Of a stretch of 37,431 nucleotides of DNA, positions 16,197 to 23,693 are shown piece after piece. The DNA comes from Actinomycetota bacterium (GTDB lineage: Bacteria; Actinomycetota; Acidimicrobiia; IMCC26256; PALSA-555), in the NCBI GenBank assembly GCA_046086425.1, contig JBJSXO010000198.1, forward strand, positions 1 through 37,431, given 5' to 3'. The notes beneath the pieces were generated by a model that was not told the origin of the DNA, searched no databases, and saw only the letters and a list, made by a program, of their open reading frames with translations. The first letter of the stretch is position 1. Each line of letters opens with the position of its first letter. Both the position numbers and the translations under genes were made by a program.

Positions 16197-17356
16197 GAGT
16201 CGCCCCGTTCGAGGACGAGCGTGCACTGCTCGGCGAGTACCCCGCCGTTGCCGTTGACCAGCGCAAGCGCGCAGTCGGGTACCTGGCGTGCGCCGGCGCG
16301 GCCGCGCAGTTGCATGACTGCTTCGGTCACGTGGCTCGCCCCGCCGGCCAGGCCCGCCTGCCCGTAGGAGAGCTGGCCGCCATGGGTGTTGCACGGGAGA
16401 TCACCCGAGAAGGTCAGGTCGTGGTCGGCGACGAACGGGCCACCGGCACCCTTGGCGCAGAACCCGGCGTCCTCGAGGGTGAGGATCACGGTGATCGTGT
16501 AGCAGTCGTACAGCGAGAGCACGTCGATGTCCGATGTCGTGACGCCGGCCGCGGCGAACGCACGCCCGGCCGACGCCGTGATCCCGGTCCGGGTCACGTC
16601 GGGCAGCGACACGAGGGAGGAGTGGGTCACCTGCTCGCCGAAGCCGCGCAGCGCAACGGGTGGATGGGGCGCACCGGCCGCGACGTCGGCGCGGGCCACC
16701 ACGAAGGCCGTTGCCCCCGAGCACGGCATCACGATCTCGAGCAGGTGCAGCGGGTCGCAGACCAGCGGTGAGGCCAGCACGTCGTCGACGGTGATGGGCC
16801 GGCCGTGGAAGAGCGCGTCGGGATGCGCGCACGCGTTGGTCCGCTGGTCGACCGCCACCTTGGCCCGCTGGGCGTCGGTCGTGCCGAACTCGTGAGCGTG
16901 GCGCATGGCCGCCAGCGCGTAACCGGAGTTGGGACCGAGCGAGCCGTAGGGCCGCTCCCACTGGCCCAGGGGCGTCTGGGGCCAGCTCAGGCCCGGCGCG
17001 CCGGCGCGGGGGTCGACCCCCTGGGCGAGCACGCAGAGCACGGCCCGGCAGGCGCCCGCCTCGATTGCCGCGGCGGCTCGCCACACCATCCCGGTCGCGG
17101 TCGCGCCGCCGAGATCGACGACGTCGCAGTAGGTGGGCTGAACGCCGAGGACGTCGGCGACCATCGACGCGATCGTGATCGGCGCCCCCGAGAAGCTCGG
17201 GGCGATCAGCAGGCCGTCGACGTCGGCGGGGGTGAGCGCGGCGTCGAGGAGCGCGTCCCGGGCGGCACGCGCCCCGAGGTCGATCGTGGTCGCGCCACCG
17301 GGATCACGCCGGGGCGGGATCTCGGCGATGCCGATGATCGAAGGGCGGGCGCTCAC
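16193..17356 (-). CDS. Thiolase-like protein (SCP-x/lipid-transfer-protein type)
   Basis: Thiolase fold pattern (IIGIAEIP..., DVVDLGGATATG, GGQLSYGQAGLAGG). GTG 17356 is preceded by GGGAGGAGAGG. The track start 17479 has no support. Confidence 0.85.
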   Translation of the reverse strand: MSARPSIIGIAEIPPRRDPGGATTIDLGARAARDALLDAALTPADVDGLLIAPSFSGAPITIASMVADVLGVQPTYCDVVDLGGATATGMVWRAAAAIEAGACRAVLCVLAQGVDPRAGAPGLSWPQTPLGQWERPYGSLGPNSGYALAAMRHAHEFGTTDAQRAKVAVDQRTNACAHPDALFHGRPITVDDVLASPLVCDPLHLLEIVMPCSGATAFVVARADVAAGAPHPPVALRGFGEQVTHSSLVSLPDVTRTGITASAGRAFAAAGVTTSDIDVLSLYDCYTITVILTLEDAGFCAKGAGGPFVADHDLTFSGDLPCNTHGGQLSYGQAGLAGGASHVTEAVMQLRGRAGARQVPDCALALVNGNGGVLAEQCTLVLERGDS

Positions 17357-17375
17357 CCTGACCTCTCCTCCCGGG

Positions 17376-18566
17376 TCAGAAGAGACCCTTGTCGATCCAG
17401 TCGTCCCTGCTGCGGTATTCCACCACGTGGGACTGGATCGAGCACAGTGCCCTGAGCCCGACGAACGCCGTGCCGTCACACGAGTAGGTGGCGCCCGGCG
17501 TGAGGAACATCGGCACCTGCTTCGCCCCGCGCAGGGCGGCGGTGGTGCTCGCGGCGTCGATCGGGGTTCCCGCCGGCACGCGTCGCAGCGCCGACGCGAG
17601 GTTCATGATCCCGGCGAAGCCGGCCTGCACGTACACGTCGCCGATGCTGGCGTCGGGTGCGAAGCGAGCCATCGCCTTGCGGTACAGCCGGGCGTCGGCG
17701 TCCTTCTTCCCGCTCATGAGCGTCTGGCGCACGAACAGCGCGCCCTTCGCGCCTGCGCCACCATCGGCGATCACGTCGGGATCGGTGCACAGGGCGGGGA
17801 ACACGACGGGAACCGCCGTCGCCTGGGTCGCCCGCAGTTTCATGGTGCTGACGCAGCCCGGGCCCGCGAGAAGCGGGATGACGGCGTCGATGCCGGCACC
17901 GAAGGCGGGGGTGATCGCGGCAGTGGGGTCCGTGGTCCCCTCGGGGACGGGTACCTCGACCGGAGAGATGCCCGCCCGCAGGAGGATCGGGTTGGCGTAG
18001 GCCTTGATGCCCGTCGCGGCAGCCGGGACGTTGACGTACGGGACGCCGACCTTCTTCACGGTGCCGAGGGTCTTGAGGTAGGCGGCGGCCGACGCGAAGA
18101 GCCCGACGAAGTCGGAGCCGAAGCAGAAGGAGGTGTACTGGCCACCGAGGGTCGCACCGGCGTTGCACGTCTGGCCCACGAACGGGATCCCCGCTGCCGT
18201 CAGGGCCGCAAGGTGGTCGGTGGCCGTGCCGGGCTGGACGGCGAACACCGCCGCCGGCTTGGCGGCGATCGCGTCGTCGATGCAGGCCTTGCCGCGCTCG
18301 GTGGTCTTGTTGGTCAGGCACTCCTTCACCACGAGACGCTGCCCGGCGATCCCCCCGGAGCGGTTGATCTGCCGCACCGCGGCGGTGACGCCCTGACGCG
18401 CCGCGGTCGTCGATGACGTTGCGTCGAGGTTCACGAACCGGATCGGGATCGCGGGCGAGCGCTCCGGGGCAGCGCCGGCCCGGGCCGCCGGGACGACCAG
18501 CGCCAGGAGCACGGCCATGGCGACGGCGAGCGCGGGGGCGGCGAGGGTGGTCCGGCGACGGCGCAA
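17376..18566 (-). CDS. ABC transporter substrate-binding protein (LivK/Peripla_BP_6-like), secreted
   Basis: A TTG start gives MRRRRTTLAAPALAVAMAVLLALVVPAARAGAAP, a signal peptide with a twin-Arg-like n-region. The mature part has the INRSGGIAGQRLVV pattern. The track start 18758 would run through a tRNA gene. Confidence 0.78.
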   Translation of the reverse strand: MRRRRTTLAAPALAVAMAVLLALVVPAARAGAAPERSPAIPIRFVNLDATSSTTAARQGVTAAVRQINRSGGIAGQRLVVKECLTNKTTERGKACIDDAIAAKPAAVFAVQPGTATDHLAALTAAGIPFVGQTCNAGATLGGQYTSFCFGSDFVGLFASAAAYLKTLGTVKKVGVPYVNVPAAATGIKAYANPILLRAGISPVEVPVPEGTTDPTAAITPAFGAGIDAVIPLLAGPGCVSTMKLRATQATAVPVVFPALCTDPDVIADGGAGAKGALFVRQTLMSGKKDADARLYRKAMARFAPDASIGDVYVQAGFAGIMNLASALRRVPAGTPIDAASTTAALRGAKQVPMFLTPGATYSCDGTAFVGLRALCSIQSHVVEYRSRDDWIDKGLF

Positions 18567-18672
18567 TGGGGGGAGCCCTTCGTCACGCGGCCGTCGGGCC
18601 GCTCCGAGCGGACCCCTTTGTAGTCGCCGCGCCGGGAGAACCTCGGGCAGGCAGACGTGGTAGACCCCGTTC

Positions 18673-18765
18673 GGAGGTGAACGGGGCCTGGTGGCCCCCC
18701 TCGTCTTCAAAACGAGTGGAACGGGTGATCCCCGTTCGGTGGGTTCGATTCCTGCCACCTCCGCC
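18673..18765 (+). tRNA. selC: tRNA-Sec (anticodon UCA at 18707-18709)
   Basis: Hand fold:
- Acceptor stem: GGAGGUG / CACCUCC, with discriminator G then CC.
- D arm: 6-bp stem GGGGCC/GGCCCC with a 4-nt loop UGGU.
- Anticodon arm: stem CUCGU/ACGAG with loop CUUCAAA.
- Variable arm: 7-bp stem GAACGGG/CCCGUUC.
- T arm: loop UUCGAUU.
Length is about 91 nt plus CC. Confidence 0.88.
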
Positions 18766-18782
18766 GTCGCCCACGTGCGGGC

Positions 18783-20039
18783 TCAGGCGTCGTCGGTGAC
18801 CGGCGCTCCTGGGCCCGACGGGGCGCCACCGGACTCCTCCGCAGGCTCACGGGGGGTGGTCGATGCGGCGACGGTCTCGGTGACGGCCAGGTAGATCGCG
18901 AGCACGCCGAGCAGCACGACGATCACGGTGGTGAGGCTGCCCGGGCTCACGACGGCGACCAGTCCGACCAGCAGCAGCCCGGCGGCTCTCCACCAGTGCG
19001 CCGCGCGTGTCCGGTGTGGGGGTTCCGGGAGGCGTGGGGCGAAGACCCCCGCGACGACGGCGCGGGCGCCCGTGCGCGGCGCCACGGCCCCGACGCGCTC
19101 CTCGACGTCGACGGAAGCCGGCCCGGCCGTGCCTGCGGCCGCCGGGGCGGGGGCCGGCGAACTCGGGGGCACCCGGCTCTTCGCCCAGTCCGCGCCGCGG
19201 CCCAGGCGTGCCCGGACGACGGCCCAGCCGCCGTGCCGGTCGGTCCACCCCGCCCCGAGCCCCACCAGCAGCCCGAGCACGGCGAAGGCCACGCCTTGGA
19301 CCACGAGTCCGTGGGTGATGACCTTGTAGGCGGACTGGGCAGCGTCGGAGTACTCGGGTTGCCCGGCGAGCGAGCCGGTCACCCACCGGCCGGCCCGCAC
19401 GGCGACCAGCGACACGACGAAGACGCCGAGCATCACCCAGCCGGTGAGCGCGAGGGTCCGCCACCGCCGGGGCGAGACCCAGAGCGCGAGCGCGAACACG
19501 ACGATCGTGGCGACGGTGAGCCCGAGCACGATGTCCTTGACGAGCTCGGTGACGTCGTAGACGAGGCCGAGCTGGGTCTTGTCGAGGACCGTGACCCGCA
19601 ACTGCTGCCCGTCGGGGATCTCGGCGGCCAGGTTCGGTGCGACGGGTTCGATGACGTTGCGGATCTCGTCGACCATGCTCGAGAGATCGAGCACGGCGTC
19701 ACGCGCCCCGCCGCCGACCACGGCCCGGTGCAGGCGCAGCACGGCGCCGTCGAAGACGGTCTGGAACTGCGAGCTGCGGATCACGCCGCTCACGATCGTC
19801 TCGATGAACGGTTGGGCGATCTGCAGGTCGCTCCCCGCCGACTGGCTGAGCTGATCGGTGATGGCCACGGCGAGCGCGTCCTGGACCGTCTCCTGCTGGA
19901 GGATCGCGTTGGCCTTGTCGGCGAAGCGCTCGGAGTCGAGGAAGTACCGCTTGGCCCACCAGCCGTAGCCGGACAGCAACAGGAGCAGGACGGACAGCAC
20001 GGCAAGGAAGGCAGCGCCGAGTCGCCGGGTTCGCGTCAT
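18783..20039 (-). CDS. Hypothetical integral membrane protein with a Pro/Ala-rich C-terminal linker
   Basis: N-terminal TM, soluble domain, 3-4 central TMs, a PSSPAPAPAAAG linker and C-terminal TMs. Good GC3 bias. Confidence 0.65.
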   Translation of the reverse strand: MTRTRRLGAAFLAVLSVLLLLLSGYGWWAKRYFLDSERFADKANAILQQETVQDALAVAITDQLSQSAGSDLQIAQPFIETIVSGVIRSSQFQTVFDGAVLRLHRAVVGGGARDAVLDLSSMVDEIRNVIEPVAPNLAAEIPDGQQLRVTVLDKTQLGLVYDVTELVKDIVLGLTVATIVVFALALWVSPRRWRTLALTGWVMLGVFVVSLVAVRAGRWVTGSLAGQPEYSDAAQSAYKVITHGLVVQGVAFAVLGLLVGLGAGWTDRHGGWAVVRARLGRGADWAKSRVPPSSPAPAPAAAGTAGPASVDVEERVGAVAPRTGARAVVAGVFAPRLPEPPHRTRAAHWWRAAGLLLVGLVAVVSPGSLTTVIVVLLGVLAIYLAVTETVAASTTPREPAEESGGAPSGPGAPVTDDA

Positions 20040-20078
20040 CGCGTCAGTCTGACAGAGCCGCGAGTCGCCGGACCGGAC

Positions 20079-20903
20079 TCACACGGCCGGGAGCGCAGGC
20101 CGCCTGGCGTCGGCTGCGGGTACGGGAGGTGGCGGGGATACTCCCGGGCGCCGGCGCCAGATCAGCCCGACCAGCGCGCCGAAGGCGAAGCCGCCCACGT
20201 GCGCCGCCCAGGCGACGCCGGAGTTGTCCCCGATCAGGAGCAGCTGCATCGCCAGCCACACCAGCAGCAGCCAGACCGCCTTCACCTTCCGCAGCAGCAC
20301 GACTCCGAGGAAGATGATCGTCTTCACCCGGTTCGCGGGGTAGCACACCAGGTATGCGCCCATCACCGCGGCGATCGCGCCGGACGCGCCGATCATGGGG
20401 ATCGTGGAGTCGGGGTCGGCCAGCACGTGCGCGAGACCTGCCACCACACCACCGAGCAAGTACAGGAGCAGGTAGCGACGACGGCCCCAGCGGAACTCGA
20501 TGTCGTTGCCGAAGACCCAGAGGAACAGCAGGTTCCCGAACAGGTGGGCGGGTGAGCCGTGGAGGAACATCGAGGTCAAGAGCGCGAGGTAGACGATCTT
20601 TCCCGGGCTGTGCGGGTCCCCACCCCGGTCGCCGCACGCGCTGTCGTCGTCGGTGCCGAAGGTGCGCCGGTACTCGAGCTCGGTGAGCGGTCGGCCCTTC
20701 ACGATCTCGCACGGGATCGCCGCGTTGTCGACGAGGAACTGCAGGTCGTCTTCGTTCACGAGCTCGAGGTCGGGCGAGAGGATGTGGTCGGTCGTGATCT
20801 TCGTGGGCTGCACCGTGAAGAAGACGATCGTGCAGAGCGCGACGAGGACGACGGTGACCCACGGGAACGGGCGCCGCGGCGTCTCGTCTGCGAACGGGAT
20901 CAC
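20079..20903 (-). CDS. Rhomboid family intramembrane serine protease
   Basis: Motifs HLFGNLLFLWVFG, the catalytic GASGAI and AHVGGFAFG. GTG 20903 overlaps the upstream stop (GTGA). Confidence 0.85.
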   Translation of the reverse strand: MIPFADETPRRPFPWVTVVLVALCTIVFFTVQPTKITTDHILSPDLELVNEDDLQFLVDNAAIPCEIVKGRPLTELEYRRTFGTDDDSACGDRGGDPHSPGKIVYLALLTSMFLHGSPAHLFGNLLFLWVFGNDIEFRWGRRRYLLLYLLGGVVAGLAHVLADPDSTIPMIGASGAIAAVMGAYLVCYPANRVKTIIFLGVVLLRKVKAVWLLLVWLAMQLLLIGDNSGVAWAAHVGGFAFGALVGLIWRRRPGVSPPPPVPAADARRPALPAV

Positions 20904-21508
20904 GGCGTGCTCCCGTCCGGCGGCCCCGGCGTCACGCGATCCGCCGAGTAGCCCGTCCACATCGTTCCGTCCCACCACCGGATCCGATCGAGGTGCTCGG
21001 GGTCGTCGTACCAGCCGGGTGCGGGCAGAGGCCCGTCGCCGTAGGCGAGCACCGCGGCCTCCCGGCGCGCGCGAGCGGCCGTCGCGGCCGCGACCAGCGT
21101 GGCGAGGAACTCGTCGCGCCGATTGGTGCCGACGGCCACCCAGCACTTCCTGGTGCCTTCACGACCATGTATCCCGACGCTGTCGCGCGTCCACACCGGG
21201 TTGGCCCCGAGGTAGCGGGGGCTGAACACACGCCACGGCCGGGGGTTGGTGGCGCGACCGATCGTGTCGAGGTCGAGGGCGAGGAGACGGACCGAGCGCC
21301 GACCCACCCAGATCCGCTCCGCGTCGACCCGCAGCCGGGTCCGGGCGAAGCGGCCGACGTTCACGAACCAGGCCGCGACGGCAATGGGGACGACTACGAG
21401 GCCCAGGGTGAACGCGACGACCAGGCAGATCACGAGCAGCCACCACCACGCGCGGCCTTGCGGTCGGAGCGGTTCCTCGAACAGCGTCTCCGGGTGCCAC
21501 GCGATCAC
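20900..21508 (-). CDS. Membrane protein with a C-terminal DUF2510-type motif
   Basis: Two N-terminal TMs. The C-terminal PAPGWYDDPEHLDRIRWWDGTMWT matches the GWY.DP....RYWDG..WT repeat of DUF2510. Confidence 0.7.
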   Translation of the reverse strand: MIAWHPETLFEEPLRPQGRAWWWLLVICLVVAFTLGLVVVPIAVAAWFVNVGRFARTRLRVDAERIWVGRRSVRLLALDLDTIGRATNPRPWRVFSPRYLGANPVWTRDSVGIHGREGTRKCWVAVGTNRRDEFLATLVAAATAARARREAAVLAYGDGPLPAPGWYDDPEHLDRIRWWDGTMWTGYSADRVTPGPPDGSTP

Positions 21509-21570
21509 GACGGGGCTACCATTCCCGGCGGGCCGAGGCGGGCTCGGCCGAACCGAACGCAGGAGACCCG

Positions 21571-21645
21571 ATGAAGAAGGTCATCGTCCTCGTGATCCTG
21601 GTCGCCCTCGGCGTGGCCGTCGCGAAGAAGGTGCGCGACGCCTGA
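21571..21645 (+). CDS. Candidate 24-aa single-TM micro-protein MKKVIVLVILVALGVAVAKKVRDA
   Basis: Absent from the ORF track because it is too short. AGGAG lies 5 nt upstream of the ATG. KK-hydrophobic-KK topology. TGA stop at 21643-21645. Confidence 0.4.
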   Translation: MKKVIVLVILVALGVAVAKKVRDA

Positions 21646-21654
21646 TCTTGGGTC

Positions 21655-21683
21655 TTGACCGATCGGTCCATGGGCAATAGGTT
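21655..21683 (+). promoter_or_regulatory. Candidate promoter of the Tad operon (TTGACC-17 nt-TAGGTT)
   Basis: -35 at 21655-21660 and -10 at 21678-21683, with an ideal 17-nt spacer. It lies about 80 nt upstream of the tadZ-like start. Confidence 0.4.
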
Positions 21684-21765
21684 GCCCGAAGCGCTTCCTC
21701 CTCGCCTCCCCGGTTGATCGCAGCACCCCCTTGATGGGGTGCGGCACGGTCCCGGGAGGCGCGTC

Positions 21766-22467
21766 GTGCTCCTCGCTCTCTGGTCCCCCAAGGGGGGCTC
21801 CGGCACTTCGGTGCTCGCCGTCGCGTGCGCGGCGACCCTGGCCCGCTCGGGTCCCTGCCGCTTGGTCGACCTCGCCGGCGACCAGCCGGCCATCCTCGGT
21901 CTCGGCGCCGACCCCGCCACCGGTGTCGCCGAATGGCTCGCCGCCGGGTCGGACGCACCGGTCGACGCGCTCGACCGGCTGGCCGTCGAGGTTGCGCCGG
22001 GTCTGCACCTCGTACCGCCGGGCACCCGACGCCTGCTGGCCCCGCAGTCCGCCGCGACCGCAGGCACGGCGCTCGCTGGGGCCCTGCGGTCCGCCCGCAT
22101 GCCGTGTGTCGTCGACGCCGGCCGGGCCGACGACCCCGCAAGCCGGATGGTGGTCGAGGTCGCCGATGCCGCGGTGGTCGTCGTCCGGGGCTGCTACCTG
22201 ACACTGCGGCGCGCGGTCCACGCATCACTCACCGCGGGCAGCGTCGGCCTTGCGTTCGTCGATGAGCCCGGGCGTGCGCTGGGTGCCGCCGAGGCGCGCG
22301 ACGTGCTCGACCGGCCGGTGCTGACGCGGGTGCCCGTGCGACCCGCCATCGCTCGTGCGGTGGACGCCGGAGTTCTCGCCGTGCGCACACCCGAGCCGCT
22401 GGCGCGTGCGGCAACGCGCCTGCTCGAGCGGGTCCAGGCGACCTGCGTCGGCGGCGATGCGCCGTGA
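21766..22467 (+). CDS. TadZ/CpaE-like ParA-family protein of the Tad locus (no receiver domain)
   Basis: N-terminal LLALWSPKGGSGTSVLAV is a deviant Walker A. It is the first gene of the Tad cluster. GGGAGG lies 6 nt before GTG 21766. Confidence 0.7.
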   Translation: MLLALWSPKGGSGTSVLAVACAATLARSGPCRLVDLAGDQPAILGLGADPATGVAEWLAAGSDAPVDALDRLAVEVAPGLHLVPPGTRRLLAPQSAATAGTALAGALRSARMPCVVDAGRADDPASRMVVEVADAAVVVVRGCYLTLRRAVHASLTAGSVGLAFVDEPGRALGAAEARDVLDRPVLTRVPVRPAIARAVDAGVLAVRTPEPLARAATRLLERVQATCVGGDAP

Positions 22468-23693
22468 CGGTGACCGCCGGACCGGCCGGGGCGGGCACGG
22501 ACGCGGAGCTCAAGCGTCGGGTGCACCTGCGGCTGCTCGCCGCCGCCAGTGCCGACGCGGAGCCCGGCGCCGGTGGGGAGGAGGCCGCCACAGGTCTACG
22601 CGGGTCCATCGCGGACCTACTCCGGTCGGAGGCGCCGTTGCTCGCCCGGAATCGCCACGAGGCCCTCGTCGAGGAACTGGTCCACGAGGTGTCGGGGCTC
22701 GGTCCGCTCCAGCCGCTCTTCGCCGACCCCACGGTGTCCGAGGTGATGATCAACGGTGCCGCGCGCGTGTACGTCGAACGCCACGGCCGGGTGGAGCCGG
22801 TGCCGATGGCGCTCGAGGGGGATCTGGCGCTCCGGCTGGTCGAGCGGGTCATCGGGCCGTTGGGGCTGCGCCTCGACCGGTCGTCGCCGATCGTGGACGC
22901 GCGCCTCCCCGACGGGTCCCGCCTGCATGCAGTGATCCCGCCCCTGGCCGTGGACGGGGCCTGCGTGACGATCCGGCGCTTCGTCGCCCAGGGCGTCGAC
23001 CTCGACGGGTTCGGCGTCGAGGCCGGACCGGCGGCGTTCCTGCGCTGGGCGGTGACGAACGGGGCGAACCTCGTGGTCTCGGGCGGCACGTCGGCGGGCA
23101 AGACGACACTGTGCAACGCCCTTGCCGCAGCGGTGCCACCGCACGAGCGCGTCGTCACCATCGAGGAGACGGCGGAGCTGGCGTTGCCGCTGCCCCATGT
23201 CGTGCGCCTCGAGGCTCGCCCACCCAATGCCGAGGGAGCGGGCGGGGTCCCCGTGCGCGCGCTCGTGCGCGCAGCGCTGCGCATGCGCCCCGACCGGATC
23301 GTCGTGGGCGAGGTCCGCGGCGGTGAGGCGTTCGACCTCCTCCAGGCGCTCAACACCGGTCACGACGGCTCGCTCACCACGGTGCACGCCAACGGCATCG
23401 ACGCCGTCGTCGACCGGCTCGGCGCGCTGGTGCTGCTCGCCGGGACCGGGATGCCGGTCGAGGCCGCACGCCTCCAGATCGCCGAGGCCTTCGACTACGT
23501 GGTGCACGTCGTGCGCAGCGACGGGCGCCGGCGACTCCAGGCCGTCGGGGAGCTGCGACGACACCCCGACGGCGTCCGGGTGGCGCCTCTCTACGTCCGG
23601 GAGGGCGACCGTCTCACACCGGTTGCCCGACCCGACCGGCCCCCTCGCCGTCCCGCCGCCGCTCCGGTCGACCCGGGATGGTTCTCGTGCTGA
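22464..23693 (+). CDS. tadA: TadA/CpaF-family secretion ATPase
   Basis: Walker A GGTSAGKTT, followed by RIVVGEVRGGEAFDLLQALNTGHDGSLTTVHAN. GTGA overlap with the upstream gene. Confidence 0.92.
   Translation: MTVTAGPAGAGTDAELKRRVHLRLLAAASADAEPGAGGEEAATGLRGSIADLLRSEAPLLARNRHEALVEELVHEVSGLGPLQPLFADPTVSEVMINGAARVYVERHGRVEPVPMALEGDLALRLVERVIGPLGLRLDRSSPIVDARLPDGSRLHAVIPPLAVDGACVTIRRFVAQGVDLDGFGVEAGPAAFLRWAVTNGANLVVSGGTSAGKTTLCNALAAAVPPHERVVTIEETAELALPLPHVVRLEARPPNAEGAGGVPVRALVRAALRMRPDRIVVGEVRGGEAFDLLQALNTGHDGSLTTVHANGIDAVVDRLGALVLLAGTGMPVEAARLQIAEAFDYVVHVVRSDGRRRLQAVGELRRHPDGVRVAPLYVREGDRLTPVARPDRPPRRPAAAPVDPGWFSC

Noticed and set aside
18567-18758. 5' extension of the solute-binding-protein ORF to 18758
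   Set aside because: The extension runs antisense through the tRNA-Sec gene and encodes no signal peptide. TTG 18566 gives a proper signal peptide and has a GAAGGG SD.
20043-20053. 11-nt palindrome GTCAGTCTGAC in the 39-nt gap between the rhomboid stop and the upstream membrane-protein start
   Set aside because: It is too short to distinguish from chance and has no second copy in the window. It is noted only as a possible operator.
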